Assembly (NCBI GenBank): GCA_030149205.1
Contig: JASBSB010000004.1
Coordinates: 30,001 to 62,000 of the forward strand
Length of the DNA: 32,000 nt
Direction of reading: 5' to 3'
From: Candidatus Heimdallarchaeota archaeon
GTDB lineage: Archaea; Asgardarchaeota; Heimdallarchaeia; Heimdallarchaeales; Kariarchaeaceae
Part shown: in pieces, positions 1 through 9,347 of the stretch
How the letters are laid out: the number at the start of each line of letters is the position of its first letter
How positions within the stretch are numbered: the first letter of the stretch is position 1
Notes under the pieces: generated by a model
Databases searched by the model: none
What the model was told of the DNA's origin: nothing
Seen by the model: the letters and a program-made list of their open reading frames with translations, nothing else
Position numbers and translations under genes: made by a program

Positions 1-191
1 AAAGAAAGAGCAGCTCCAAAAAACATTCCACCCAAACCAGTCAAATATTTGGATGCAGAGGTAACTGGGAGTACTAAACCAGATATGAAACTCATTACAT
101 CTATAAGAGCATATGAGATATCTATAGGTGTCGTATTGGACTCTGGTATTCTGGTGGTTTCTGCTGAAAATTCGTTGAAGTGTAAAAACAC
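1..191 (-). CDS. Partial cassette ORF (toxin-CT-like hydrophobic tail), runs off the left edge
   Basis: Not in the ORF track. Manual translation from GTG at 191 gives VFLHFNEFSAETTRIPESNTTPIDISYALIDVMSFISGLVLPVTSASKYLTGLGGMFFGAALS, open to base 1. It starts with the same VFLH as the degenerate leader at 11481. Confidence 0.4.
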   Translation of the reverse strand, partial: MFLHFNEFSAETTRIPESNTTPIDISYALIDVMSFISGLVLPVTSASKYLTGLGGMFFGAALS

Positions 192-308
192 TAATGATTT
201 TCTATTAAAATATTTTTTTTAAGCAGAAGGTCTGGGTCGTTCTAAGATTTTCAGTAGAAAAAAAGATCGTTAAACCAATGTTTTTAATATCGTTAAAATT
301 ATCTATTC

Positions 309-929
309 TTAAATTGAGGGGACAAATCTAACTACAATAAAATACATCGAAAAATAAATTAAATGTATCCAAAGATAGTTACTAATCTCAAATTCTGGGT
401 ACTTAGATGAAACGAACTCCCAGAGTAAAAATCCAGGGTATTTTGATCTTATACATCCCACAGCTTCCCTTTCAATATTGCTTTGAATGTAATTGCCAAA
501 GAAACGATAGCCTAATGCTAAGATGGCTGTAAAAGGTAACCAAAAAAAACTAAGAGCTGGTAAAACGATAACATTCCCTAGTGATATCAGATTATTAAGA
601 ATATTAGAAAAATACAACCAAAACAAAACAATGACAGGAAGGTAAACAAAGATTAGGTGAAAACTTACAAAACCGAAGAATTTTCCACGAGTGCTCACTT
701 CACACTTTATTACCTCCAAGTATCCCAAACTCTTGTTAACCAGAAACAATAGAAAAAAAAGACTAATAGACAACAGGATAAAAATCGCAGTCAAAGTAAA
801 TTGTTTGTTATAATTCACACCTTGATCATTTTGAAACAACTCAGTCAACAATCTAAGGAATATTACAATCGCTATTGTTAGCTCTACAATCAACGTGCTA
901 CCTAAAATAATAATTCTTTGTGAATTCAT
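309..929 (-). CDS. Multi-TM membrane protein, putative immunity partner of 930..2102
   Basis: 206 aa with several hydrophobic segments. Its ATG directly abuts the upstream stop (TAAATG). Confidence 0.75.
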   Translation of the reverse strand: MNSQRIIILGSTLIVELTIAIVIFLRLLTELFQNDQGVNYNKQFTLTAIFILLSISLFFLLFLVNKSLGYLEVIKCEVSTRGKFFGFVSFHLIFVYLPVIVLFWLYFSNILNNLISLGNVIVLPALSFFWLPFTAILALGYRFFGNYIQSNIEREAVGCIRSKYPGFLLWEFVSSKYPEFEISNYLWIHLIYFSMYFIVVRFVPSI

Positions 930-2102
930 TTAAACTTGGACATCTCCTGCAATCAGTCTGTAGACAATTACTAACAAATAGTGGTAATAAATCATTAAAG
1001 TGAAGTAACTAAATAGGTCCGGGATCAAACTTATTGTCATAAATGAGGTGACAAACCCAGAACCAACATCTGCAGATAAGCGTATAGCTATTGGTGTTAA
1101 ATACACGATAAGTGTTGTGATTATTCCAGGTAGTATCTTACTTGAAGCCCAACTGGGAAATAGATTAGAAATTGTACCCTCAGGATTTGCAAGGAAGGGA
1201 ATTAGATTCGACAGTAAATAGCCCCCTATTTTTGCTAAAGATGGTGCCATAGTTAATCCCAATATTCCAAATGAGCTCGCAAGTAAGAGCTGTAACAGAG
1301 CTAATGCGACAACACTTCCGCGGTGATAATATGCCATCCATCTTGCTTCCTCTGGTGATATTTGAATTATGTAAAATAAATTCAACAATGTCTGAGTGAC
1401 AATTGAGACAAGACCAATTCTCTTTGCCTCAAGTGAAATCGGGGTAAGACCATAACCTGATGGCTTTGATGGTGCAACTAGCATGGAAAAGGCTAAAAAT
1501 TCAATTACTAAGTTCAAGGCAAAGAATACAAAGGAATTAATCTGTGGATTTACACCTAATGTCTCTGGTAGCTCTATTCTAGGAAACAAATAAGGTGTAA
1601 GAATACGAAATTCTTCAACACCATCAAAGTTTAAAACCAAATCTAGAGGAGGGGTAATATCCATCTTGATAAAACGAGTTATTCCAGCAAATGTTATTAT
1701 ACCCCCATTACTTTGAGTTGCCACATTTATTGAATACTGAGCGCTGATGGTGTAAAATATGGTGTGTAACAGATTAATAAAAAAACTTTTGACATCTTCT
1801 ACAATTGGTAGGAGTATATTGTTGGCGATGAACTCTCCAGCCTCCTTTACCCCGTCGACGGTGACGCCGTCCTTGATGGTCTGTAGGGCTCTGACTGTGA
1901 AGGTGAAGAACTGGCTCAGCGCTTCCACCAGGGTCGCCCCAGGCTTGCCGATCAGCCCCATCACCCACAGGTTCTGCTGCCAGTTGTCATCCTCATCAAT
2001 ATGTTCAGCAACAAATGGGTGGGTTACCATAGAATTAATTACCACGTTAAATGATTCCTGATGGGTACAAGAATACACAAACCTATTATTCCTTAATATC
2101 AT
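930..2102 (-). CDS. Cassette ORF: leader + conserved anchor + variable hydrophobic C-terminal domain (putative polymorphic toxin CT)
   Basis: Contains VYSCTHQESF, WQQNLWVMGLIGKPGATLV and LQTIKDGVTVDGVKEAG, then several TM-like helices. Probable start is GTG at 2078. Confidence 0.75.
   Translation of the reverse strand: MILRNNRFVYSCTHQESFNVVINSMVTHPFVAEHIDEDDNWQQNLWVMGLIGKPGATLVEALSQFFTFTVRALQTIKDGVTVDGVKEAGEFIANNILLPIVEDVKSFFINLLHTIFYTISAQYSINVATQSNGGIITFAGITRFIKMDITPPLDLVLNFDGVEEFRILTPYLFPRIELPETLGVNPQINSFVFFALNLVIEFLAFSMLVAPSKPSGYGLTPISLEAKRIGLVSIVTQTLLNLFYIIQISPEEARWMAYYHRGSVVALALLQLLLASSFGILGLTMAPSLAKIGGYLLSNLIPFLANPEGTISNLFPSWASSKILPGIITTLIVYLTPIAIRLSADVGSGFVTSFMTISLIPDLFSYFTLMIYYHYLLVIVYRLIAGDVQV
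1806..1985 (-). repeat. GC-rich anchor repeat copy
   Basis: Matches the copies at 8711, 15661, 18677 and 26482. Carries the 6-nt-shorter T-VDG variant shared with 17588 and 24121. Confidence 0.9.
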
Positions 2103-2114
2103 TTAACTTTATCG
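2057..2114 (-). promoter_or_regulatory. Cassette head: BRE/TATA-like box + leader
   Basis: CGATAAAGTTAAAT, 24 nt from TTAA to GTG TAT TCT TGT ACC CAT CAG. Confidence 0.65.
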
Positions 2115-2214
2115 CACATCTGCGTTCCTATTGTATTATTCTGAGTTGTTTCATTGAAGCTTGTTTTGATCTATACCATAGTTATAGAGCACTTGGTGAG
2201 GTTTCTCCCTCAGG

Positions 2215-2925
2215 TTATTTTCTGGATTTTGGACTGCCTAGGATAGAGTTAAAGGACAGAAAAAACACATCTATTAATCCTATCCCCACCAGTCTAAGCG
2301 CTCCATAGAAGAAGATTGGAGGGGAGTAAACATAATCAAGCAAAACAATGATATAAATCAAAAACCAGAAGAAATAGTAGAAAATATCCCAAAATGTAGG
2401 TGTTTTGTGATTTATTATCTTTAGAAAAGAGAGAAGATACTCTAGCGCTACCAATACTGCAACAATCAATTTAAAAAGAATATCTACTTCGAAAAAGTAG
2501 CTAAGCACAAAAAGGAATGCAGTGCCTGCCAATCTTGTTGTCAACAATATGATCCTGTCTCTTTCCATATTATCAAAAAATCGAAAATCAAAGTTTAAAG
2601 AGGGTTCAGTGGCAATATCATATAAAAAGAAAATAGCCAAATAAAGTATCCATGCGCTTTGTGAATCTATTATTTCAGACAATGCCATCAGCATCACAAT
2701 ATAAATAAAAATAATACCAGAGAAAAAAGGAAACTGAATATTTTTCCTCAATTTATCATTGTTCTTATAAAAACTGTAGCCTTTTGACAAAAGCATGACG
2801 ATAAGAATTCCCCAGATTAAGTTTGTACTTACGGAAGGTTCAACCAAAAGATGTATGGGATATAATATCATGGCTAAACTTGACCTTATGTACAAATTAA
2901 GATTTAAGAACTGCTCTGAATTCAT
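2215..2925 (-). CDS. Multi-TM membrane protein, putative immunity family I
   Basis: Paralog of 3583..4326, 17904..18671 and 24709..25488: NxxLR..YP, SK, D..S/TD/E, R..LF.LS, WD and IDxF motifs align. Confidence 0.8.
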   Translation of the reverse strand: MNSEQFLNLNLYIRSSLAMILYPIHLLVEPSVSTNLIWGILIVMLLSKGYSFYKNNDKLRKNIQFPFFSGIIFIYIVMLMALSEIIDSQSAWILYLAIFFLYDIATEPSLNFDFRFFDNMERDRIILLTTRLAGTAFLFVLSYFFEVDILFKLIVAVLVALEYLLSFLKIINHKTPTFWDIFYYFFWFLIYIIVLLDYVYSPPIFFYGALRLVGIGLIDVFFLSFNSILGSPKSRK

Positions 2926-2930
2926 GTGTC

Positions 2931-3305
2931 TTACACCGCTGAGGAAAATCTTTTCAATAAGAATGTAACACCCAGAAATATAAAGGGTAATAAAATACCT
3001 GAAATAAAGCCTTTATCCCAAGTTCCTGTTTGGGCAACAGGATCTGTTTTTCCGAACCTATCCATGAGACCATAAGTTATAAGTTCAGAAATACTTATCA
3101 CTGTTATCCACGATTTCATTACTTGTGTAAGCTCTGCTTCCACAACATTATCGAAGAAATCATCAATTGCAGTTAGCACGAGAAGCCCCCTAGCAGTCAT
3201 CTTAACCAAGAGCGACTCCTTCTTCACTACATCAGTAACTGAATCTGCATCAGGAATCACCTCATTTCCTTTACCACCAAACAAAAACTGTTTTGCTTTG
3301 TACAC
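2931..3305 (-). CDS. N-terminally truncated toxin-CT tail (FGKxDP...FSSAV family)
   Basis: Aligns with the last ~120 aa of 4330..5457 and 25481..27325 (DDFFDNV, DRFGKTDP, FSSAV). Confidence 0.75.
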   Translation of the reverse strand: MYKAKQFLFGGKGNEVIPDADSVTDVVKKESLLVKMTARGLLVLTAIDDFFDNVVEAELTQVMKSWITVISISELITYGLMDRFGKTDPVAQTGTWDKGFISGILLPFIFLGVTFLLKRFSSAV

Positions 3306-3342
3306 CTATCTATGTTTAATTTGTATCTCTTAAGTTTTTTTC
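3300..3342 (-). promoter_or_regulatory. Cassette head (TATA-like box, no CxHQ)
   Basis: GAAAAAAACTTAAG, 24 nt to GTG TAC, which starts the 2931..3305 ORF. Confidence 0.55.
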
Positions 3343-3582
3343 ATGTTTTACTCTCAATTTGACTTATAAAGAAGATTTGAGACAGATTGCCATTTCGAAG
3401 AATCCCTAATTTTTTTTTAGGAGATTAATTGGATATAAATTATTTGAACTCATAAAGTTCACTTATAGGGAATCTTCCCTCCTCAGGTCAGCCTTAATTG
3501 TTAAAAATGAATCAAAATACTATCAATCTGACCCAAACTTTCTGTGTATGAAACCTTTTTGCTAAAGTTAATTTTGTTAGTG

Positions 3583-4326
3583 TTAATTTGAACGTGAAAT
3601 CTTGAATGGACTTAGAGCAAATTTAGGGTTTAAACAGAATATTTCAATCATAATTATATAAAACACACCCTGAATTACGTAAAATAGCTCAGAATGAGAA
3701 TCAACATACTCAAGAATAATCATGAGATAAATTATGAACCAACTTGCAAAATAAAATATTTCCCAGATTGAGAGTTGAGATGGTTTTTTCTTAAGCAACA
3801 CGCTTACTAAGTATGAAACAGAAATTAGTAATATCAGCCCAATTCTTACCTGAGTGACTAAATGGGGAAGGAAGCTCATAAGAAAAAGGGTTAACACCCC
3901 TAAAACCCTAAAATTCAACATAATAAGATTGGTTTTATAAGACCAGAAATTTTTGTCAACTACTAAAACAATTTCTGATTTTTGATAGTCACTAAGAATA
4001 TCAAAGTAGAAAGCGAACCCCAAGAAAAATAGCCAAGAAAGGTAGTTACTTGAGACAAGAGATTGTCCAGCTATATAAAGCCATGGAAAAAAAGACATTG
4101 CATAAACAAGCTTAACATCTAATCTAAGATATTTAACCCATTTATTTCTAAATTTAATTCTAAAATAGTACAAGCTATAGGTCTTGGAGATTATGAAAAA
4201 TACAATAATACCCCACAAAACAATCTGACGGAGGGGATGTTCATAAAATAAATAGACTGGGTAGATCGTCAGGGTTAGGATGGTTCTCAAATAGAAATTT
4301 AATGAAACAAAGAGCTCTGTTTTCAT
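3583..4326 (-). CDS. Multi-TM membrane protein, putative immunity family I
   Basis: 247 aa, paralog of 2215..2925. Starts 3 nt after the stop of 4330..5457. Confidence 0.8.
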   Translation of the reverse strand: MKTELFVSLNFYLRTILTLTIYPVYLFYEHPLRQIVLWGIIVFFIISKTYSLYYFRIKFRNKWVKYLRLDVKLVYAMSFFPWLYIAGQSLVSSNYLSWLFFLGFAFYFDILSDYQKSEIVLVVDKNFWSYKTNLIMLNFRVLGVLTLFLMSFLPHLVTQVRIGLILLISVSYLVSVLLKKKPSQLSIWEIFYFASWFIIYLMIILEYVDSHSELFYVIQGVFYIIMIEIFCLNPKFALSPFKISRSN

Positions 4327-4329
4327 AAT

Positions 4330-5457
4330 CTACACCGCAGATGAAAATATTTTCAAAGTCCAAGTGACTAATAGAAGGACGGTTGGTAAAACAATAGGAG
4401 ATAAGAACTTTTTGTCCCCAAATCCTATTTTTGCCTGTGGGTCAGTTTTACCAAATTTATCCATCAATGCATAGGTTACTACTTCTGAAACACCAATAAC
4501 AGCCAACCATGAGTACATAATGGGTGTTAAGCTCGCATTTATCACATTGTCATAAAAATCATTCACTTGGGCTAAAAAGACAGCTAAAGTATATCCTACC
4601 TTTGCAGCTGGTGTATACTTCTGAGTTGATTGCTTTTCAATTACATCCCTTTCAATCTTTTGATTTTTGCCTTTAAAAATTGTTTTTAAGGACTTTCCTG
4701 TTTCATAAATTAGAAAAGATAATGGTAGTATAAACTTCAATGCTGAGAGCCAGGCTAATAAGAGTTTATCAAATTCATCCAAGTCAGATTTCGTCCAAGG
4801 ATTCAGGTTTCCAGGTGTGACTCGGTTCCTTTCTCGAATCATAATTAGAACACTAAAGAGCAAAACAATAAGACCAGAAACCCGTCCAATCACTGAGCCT
4901 ATCATCATGACCAAGGGCCCACCGGGCATCCAGCCAGTCTTCTGTGACAATGCTTGCAAGATGTATCCTGCGTTAAGAAGGTTTAACCCAATTCCCTGTG
5001 CCCACACAAGGCTGTCGATGCTGTCTGTAGCGGGAGAGGGCGTCTCAGCTCCGAGCACTATTTCAAGCAACACCTTGAGTAAATCCATCTCAATTGACTT
5101 TTGGCCAACACTCAGTCTTATAGTCGAGGTGCCCACGAGCAGCACATCAATGTTGACAGTGACTCCATCAATGTACGATGTCACACCGACACCCGTTTGA
5201 GTTGTGACCGTGTGATGCCCAATGGACAGTTCTTCAGGCATCTGAAATATAGCTGTGATCGTTTTTCGGATCATAGAAACCAGCGCTTCCATTATTGGTT
5301 TGATCACACTGTTCACAAGAAAATCACTAATTACCTTGACCCTAGGGACGTAAACACCTTCCCTGAATACCTCTAGATTAATAAAAGAGTAGCTGTAGTC
5401 ACTTTTACTTGTAAATGACTTCTGATGGAGGCAAGGATACACATATCTGATATACAT
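4330..5457 (-). CDS. Cassette ORF: leader + toxin-CT of the FGKxDP family
   Basis: YVYPCLHQKSF leader. Clear paralog of the C-terminal ~340 aa of 25481..27325 (DSLVWAQGIGL, RERNR, NPWTKxDLDEFDKL, DKFGKxDPQA). Probable start is GTG at 5442. Confidence 0.8.
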   Translation of the reverse strand: MYIRYVYPCLHQKSFTSKSDYSYSFINLEVFREGVYVPRVKVISDFLVNSVIKPIMEALVSMIRKTITAIFQMPEELSIGHHTVTTQTGVGVTSYIDGVTVNIDVLLVGTSTIRLSVGQKSIEMDLLKVLLEIVLGAETPSPATDSIDSLVWAQGIGLNLLNAGYILQALSQKTGWMPGGPLVMMIGSVIGRVSGLIVLLFSVLIMIRERNRVTPGNLNPWTKSDLDEFDKLLLAWLSALKFILPLSFLIYETGKSLKTIFKGKNQKIERDVIEKQSTQKYTPAAKVGYTLAVFLAQVNDFYDNVINASLTPIMYSWLAVIGVSEVVTYALMDKFGKTDPQAKIGFGDKKFLSPIVLPTVLLLVTWTLKIFSSAV

Positions 5458-5477
5458 TTAAGTCATTTAAGTTTATT
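5421..5477 (-). promoter_or_regulatory. Cassette head: BRE/TATA-like box + leader
   Basis: CAATAAACTTAAAT, 24 nt to GTG TAT CCT TGC CTC CAT CAG. Confidence 0.65.
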
Positions 5478-5833
5478 GTACATGCTTACATTGTCGTTTC
5501 ACCCAGATTTAAACGATTTACCTTTATAACAAATATCAAATCCTTTTGATTTATCGAGAAGTCCAGACTCAACGGAAGAAATAACTAAAGATTTCTGACA
5601 ATTAAAATAGATCAATATAAATTTCCTGAATTAAATTTGTTATTCAATTTATAACACCGCTTTTCTATTTTTTACACTGATAATTGTCCGCAAAAGTGTT
5701 AAATAATAGTATTTTGCAAAAATCCTTATTTGTTCTTTTGTTTGTTCTTCTGTATCTCTGCCTTTACAATTTTTGCATATTCAGGAGATGATAGCAAACC
5801 AAACAAAAAAATAAAAATTATTGCATTCCCTAA

Positions 5834-6334
5834 TTAGAAGAGAAATATACTAGATGAAAGATTACTGTTAAATGTACCAAAGATCAAAGTATACAGAAAA
5901 TTGCCTGGGAGAGCATCACAGGTGTCAATGCTACTGTAAATGTTACAAGAAAGAATTGTCTGTCCCACTATCAAATAACCAAACTCTATCATGTAAACAG
6001 CTCCTAAAATCAGATATTTTGTTCTTTCTACTGAATTATCACCATTATCAAGGATTGTGGTAGAATAAAGCAAGAAAGATGATAAGATTAAAGCAAAGCC
6101 AAATGTTATACTAAATAGCACTATGGTTAAAGATAAAGACCCCCTATCCCTTAACTGCCAAATCCAAGGAAAAAATGAAGGTGTAAGAAGGACAGCAGGT
6201 AGGATCAGGGACCAGTTTAACCATCTTATCAGATGATTCTGCCAATACTCAAACCTTAAAATTCCTGTGAAGAAAGATGTGAGCAAAATCAGCAGAAAGA
6301 TGAAAAGACTCAAATCTCTCAATAATCCAATCAC
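5834..6334 (-). CDS. Membrane protein, putative orphan immunity
   Basis: 166 aa, about 4 hydrophobic segments. GTG start overlaps the TGA of 6331..6585 (GTGA). Confidence 0.65.
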   Translation of the reverse strand: MIGLLRDLSLFIFLLILLTSFFTGILRFEYWQNHLIRWLNWSLILPAVLLTPSFFPWIWQLRDRGSLSLTIVLFSITFGFALILSSFLLYSTTILDNGDNSVERTKYLILGAVYMIEFGYLIVGQTILSCNIYSSIDTCDALPGNFLYTLIFGTFNSNLSSSIFLF

Positions 6335-6585
6335 CAGTAAATCACTCCATCATTAATCCTTATATTGTGGAATTGATACTTTAAATATGCAAAATATCCT
6401 ATCAAAAGGGCAATTAGTAAATTTAATGCATAGCTCATAGGTGAAAAAGCGGCTATTGAAGTTATTATCCCAGCTATGCTGTAGATAGCAATAAATGAAA
6501 AGTCTCCAATCATTGGACTCGAAATCTCAACTAACAAGTATGACACTTTAACATCACCCTCGTTGATTTTCCTTTGGATAGACAA
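6331..6585 (-). CDS. Small hydrophobic ORF, possible toxin-CT tail remnant
   Basis: 84 aa with two hydrophobic helices, coupled to the downstream membrane gene as in other cassettes. No leader seen. Confidence 0.45.
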   Translation of the reverse strand: MSIQRKINEGDVKVSYLLVEISSPMIGDFSFIAIYSIAGIITSIAAFSPMSYALNLLIALLIGYFAYLKYQFHNIRINDGVIYW

Positions 6586-7711
6586 CCAAATAGACTGGTG
6601 GTAAGTTTTCCCTTTCTTTCACATATATGGCATATGGCATCCCATGATCATCAATTTCCTTAGGAATTGGGAGGTCAATCCCATCTATCTGTCCATACAG
6701 CTCAAATTCAGATCGAAGGGTTTCATCAAGTCCCTGATACTCTGTGACCAGAATATATTTATAGTCAAGGGTTTGAAAGAACAAATCATCATTGAAATTT
6801 AATGGGTTATAGCGAAGATCTAATAGCAAACCTTTGTTTCCTTGGAAATCAGTTGACATGATTTTTGTGATATTGTTATGCTTTAGATCAAAATATCTTA
6901 TATAATTACCATTGACCCCAAACCTTGGAACTTTGGTAAGAGTAAGGTGAGAAAGGATCAGAACAGGTTCAGATTTGAACCTTGAGAATTTTAAGTATCG
7001 GACTATGATTGTGAGAATCCTGATTAGGGGAAAATAATAGTTTATCAAAAGAATTGTTTTGCTTTGATTTGCTGCCTTTGACTCATTTCTTGTGCTTAGA
7101 ATGAAATCCCGCAATCTTATACTCTGAATGAAATCAATTTGTTGCTCAGCTAAAAATTTTCTAAAGCTAATGCTATCTAACAATGAATTTTTCCAATAGA
7201 AATAAAGAATGACATCAAGGAACAAGATTGAACAACCGACCAAGAGAGAAATTTTTGTTAAGTCAATAGAAATTGTGGTTTCTTTAAGATATCTAAGTAC
7301 CACAATAGTAACAATGACTGATGATACAGACATAAAGGTAATTAACACTGTCCAACGTGAATTAAAGATTGACTTGTAAAAGTTTAAAGGGGTTACGAGT
7401 GTTAGGGCAAATCCAAATGGTACCATGTAAATAGAGAAGAACATCATTATAAGATAATAGGTATCCCCCCAGCTATACTGTATTAAAGAGAAACTCTGAT
7501 TCAATGAAGCAGCACCAATTACTATAGTTTGAGCAACCACTTGCATCAGCAATGAGAGATTTAGTACGCGAAATTCACTAAAGTTTGAGATAAATGGATA
7601 GTCAGTCGCAGCATTTGAATTGATTCTGTTGTAGAAATCATTGATTAACGCAAAAGTGTAAAATTCCGAAAGATAGTCTGCTTCAATCTTAATAGGTTTT
7701 TGTCCATCCAC
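6554..7711 (-). CDS. Multi-TM protein with C-terminal leucine-rich repeats, putative immunity family II
   Basis: N-terminal TM helices followed by LRR-like units: LILSHLTLTKVP, IRYFDLKHNNITKI, LLLDLRYNPLNF. SD-like GAGGT upstream. Confidence 0.75.
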   Translation of the reverse strand: MDGQKPIKIEADYLSEFYTFALINDFYNRINSNAATDYPFISNFSEFRVLNLSLLMQVVAQTIVIGAASLNQSFSLIQYSWGDTYYLIMMFFSIYMVPFGFALTLVTPLNFYKSIFNSRWTVLITFMSVSSVIVTIVVLRYLKETTISIDLTKISLLVGCSILFLDVILYFYWKNSLLDSISFRKFLAEQQIDFIQSIRLRDFILSTRNESKAANQSKTILLINYYFPLIRILTIIVRYLKFSRFKSEPVLILSHLTLTKVPRFGVNGNYIRYFDLKHNNITKIMSTDFQGNKGLLLDLRYNPLNFNDDLFFQTLDYKYILVTEYQGLDETLRSEFELYGQIDGIDLPIPKEIDDHGMPYAIYVKERENLPPVYLVVYPKENQRG

Positions 7712-7716
7712 TTTAC

Positions 7717-9036
7717 TTACCTCGTCATTATTGAGAAGCTCAGAAACCTTAAAAATAAATCAATTGTGTTTATCAAAAGATTGAGCTTTGTATCTGGAAT
7801 GAGTGCATCCAAATTTGAATACTTTTTTGCTGCTTCCTTGAGCTTTTCTTCTGTACTTATGGTGAATCTCTCTGTTTTTGGAGTTTTTTCTCCAGTATTG
7901 ATTATATTTATAAAGGTTAGTACTACTTCTTTCATGGATCCGATATAAGTTAAATCACCACTCATTAATAAATTCTCTGCTGTCCCAACCCTAATACCTA
8001 TCAAATGAGCAATAAACAAGACTGGATCCCCAATTATCAAATCTCTGTCTGCGATTAGTTTGTACAGGAATGAAAACACCTTTGATTGAAATATTTCTTA
8101 AAATATCGGAAATAAGATAAGAGATATTACCTTGGTTGATTTGCTTTTGTCTGAGAGAAGCATTCCTCTATAATAAAACAGGTTGATCACAAACATTGTA
8201 AAATATACCCTTGCCAGGAACTGGTTGATAAACAGGAAGGTCATAGAGTTAAGGCTCGATTTCAGGAGTAGAGCGGTTGCCAATGCAGCAAACAGGTTTG
8301 AAACTGAAAGAGCAATCTGTATCCCTGTAGCCTTCGGCTTGTCTGTGCTGAGCAGTGGGTAGATCAACCAAAAGCTCACCATGTTCAGAGCCTCAATTAT
8401 AAGAACTGAAAAGATGGTGAATCCAGCTGTCCGATAATCAATTAAAAGCGTCTCAATTGATACAGCAACCTCAGAAAGCAGTTTGTTGAAGTTGATGACA
8501 AAAGAGTCAATCTGAAATTTAACATTGTCACCTGTCACAAGCATGGCGAAGCCTAATTTTGTACCTGCGATTGATACTGTGGGAACTGCCCCTGAAGACC
8601 TTGTGACGTCAGGGAAAACGGCACTTAATAGTGAGAACAGACCATCTGTCAGGGTGTTAGTAAAGACCCCCAATACCTGAAGTATGACCTTAAAGACCTC
8701 TGCCATAATATAACTACCGGCCGCCTTGGTCCCGTCGACGAAGCTGGTGACGCCGTCCTTGATGGTCTGCAGGGCTGTGGTACTCATTGTCCAAAGCTTG
8801 CTGACAAAGTCCACCAGGGTCGCCCCAGGCTTGCCAATGATGCTCATCACCCACCGGTTCTGCTGCCAGCTGCCAGCAACATCAACGCACATCGTGATTA
8901 ATCCATCATAGACAAAGTCAGCAAAGATCAGAGAAACAAAATTTGTTGGGTTCAACAAGTCTGCAATACTGTGGTTAGGCAGGATGAGTAAGGTCTCATA
9001 AGAGGTCTGGTGCATACAGGGTACTGGTCTGTTCAT
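7717..9036 (-). pseudogene. Cassette toxin-CT ORF interrupted by one in-frame TAA
   Basis: ORFs 8098..9036 and 7717..8079 share a frame. The TAA at 8098-8100 is followed by open codons EIFQSK leading into the second ORF. Contains MNRPVPCMHQ and the full anchor. Confidence 0.7.
8711..8925 (-). repeat. GC-rich anchor repeat copy
   Basis: Near-identical to 26482..26695 over the TMSTTALQTIKDGVTSFVDG segment. Confidence 0.9.
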
Positions 9037-9084
9037 AAGTAAAAGTACAAGACCATTAAAGCTTCCCTTTATATAAATTTATCC
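9007..9084 (-). promoter_or_regulatory. Cassette head, long variant
   Basis: GGATAAATTTATATA, 22 nt, TTGTAC, 8 nt, ATG-x5-CMHQ. Same layout at 15958 and 18950. Confidence 0.65.
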
Positions 9085-9347
9085 TACAGAAAGTGATCGG
9101 TAGAACAGAAGCTTGATCAAGTATATGTCCTGATGAAAAGAGAGATACAAAAATCTTTGACTATACAATGGAGTTGTTCCTAGCCTATAAGGATTGTAAG
9201 TAGTCACTTTGGAAGCTTAATAACGATATAAATCCTGTAGAAGTGAGAATTTTTGGTTAAAATAACTTCAGCCAAATACAATGTGAACTTATTCATTTAT
9301 TGGTCTATTCAGGATCAAATTCTAATCACGTTCTACTTAAAAAAAAT

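Noticed and set aside
2100-2120. GTGCGATAAAGTTAAAT as an Xer dif/pdif site
   Set aside because: It resembles parts of both arms but lacks the 11-6-11 arrangement. The BRE-TATA reading fits all copies better.
9007-9020. HQ-T/E-S in leaders as an intein/HINT C-terminal splice motif
   Set aside because: No upstream HINT domain is present, and the residue after HQ is usually Glu, not Cys, Ser or Thr.
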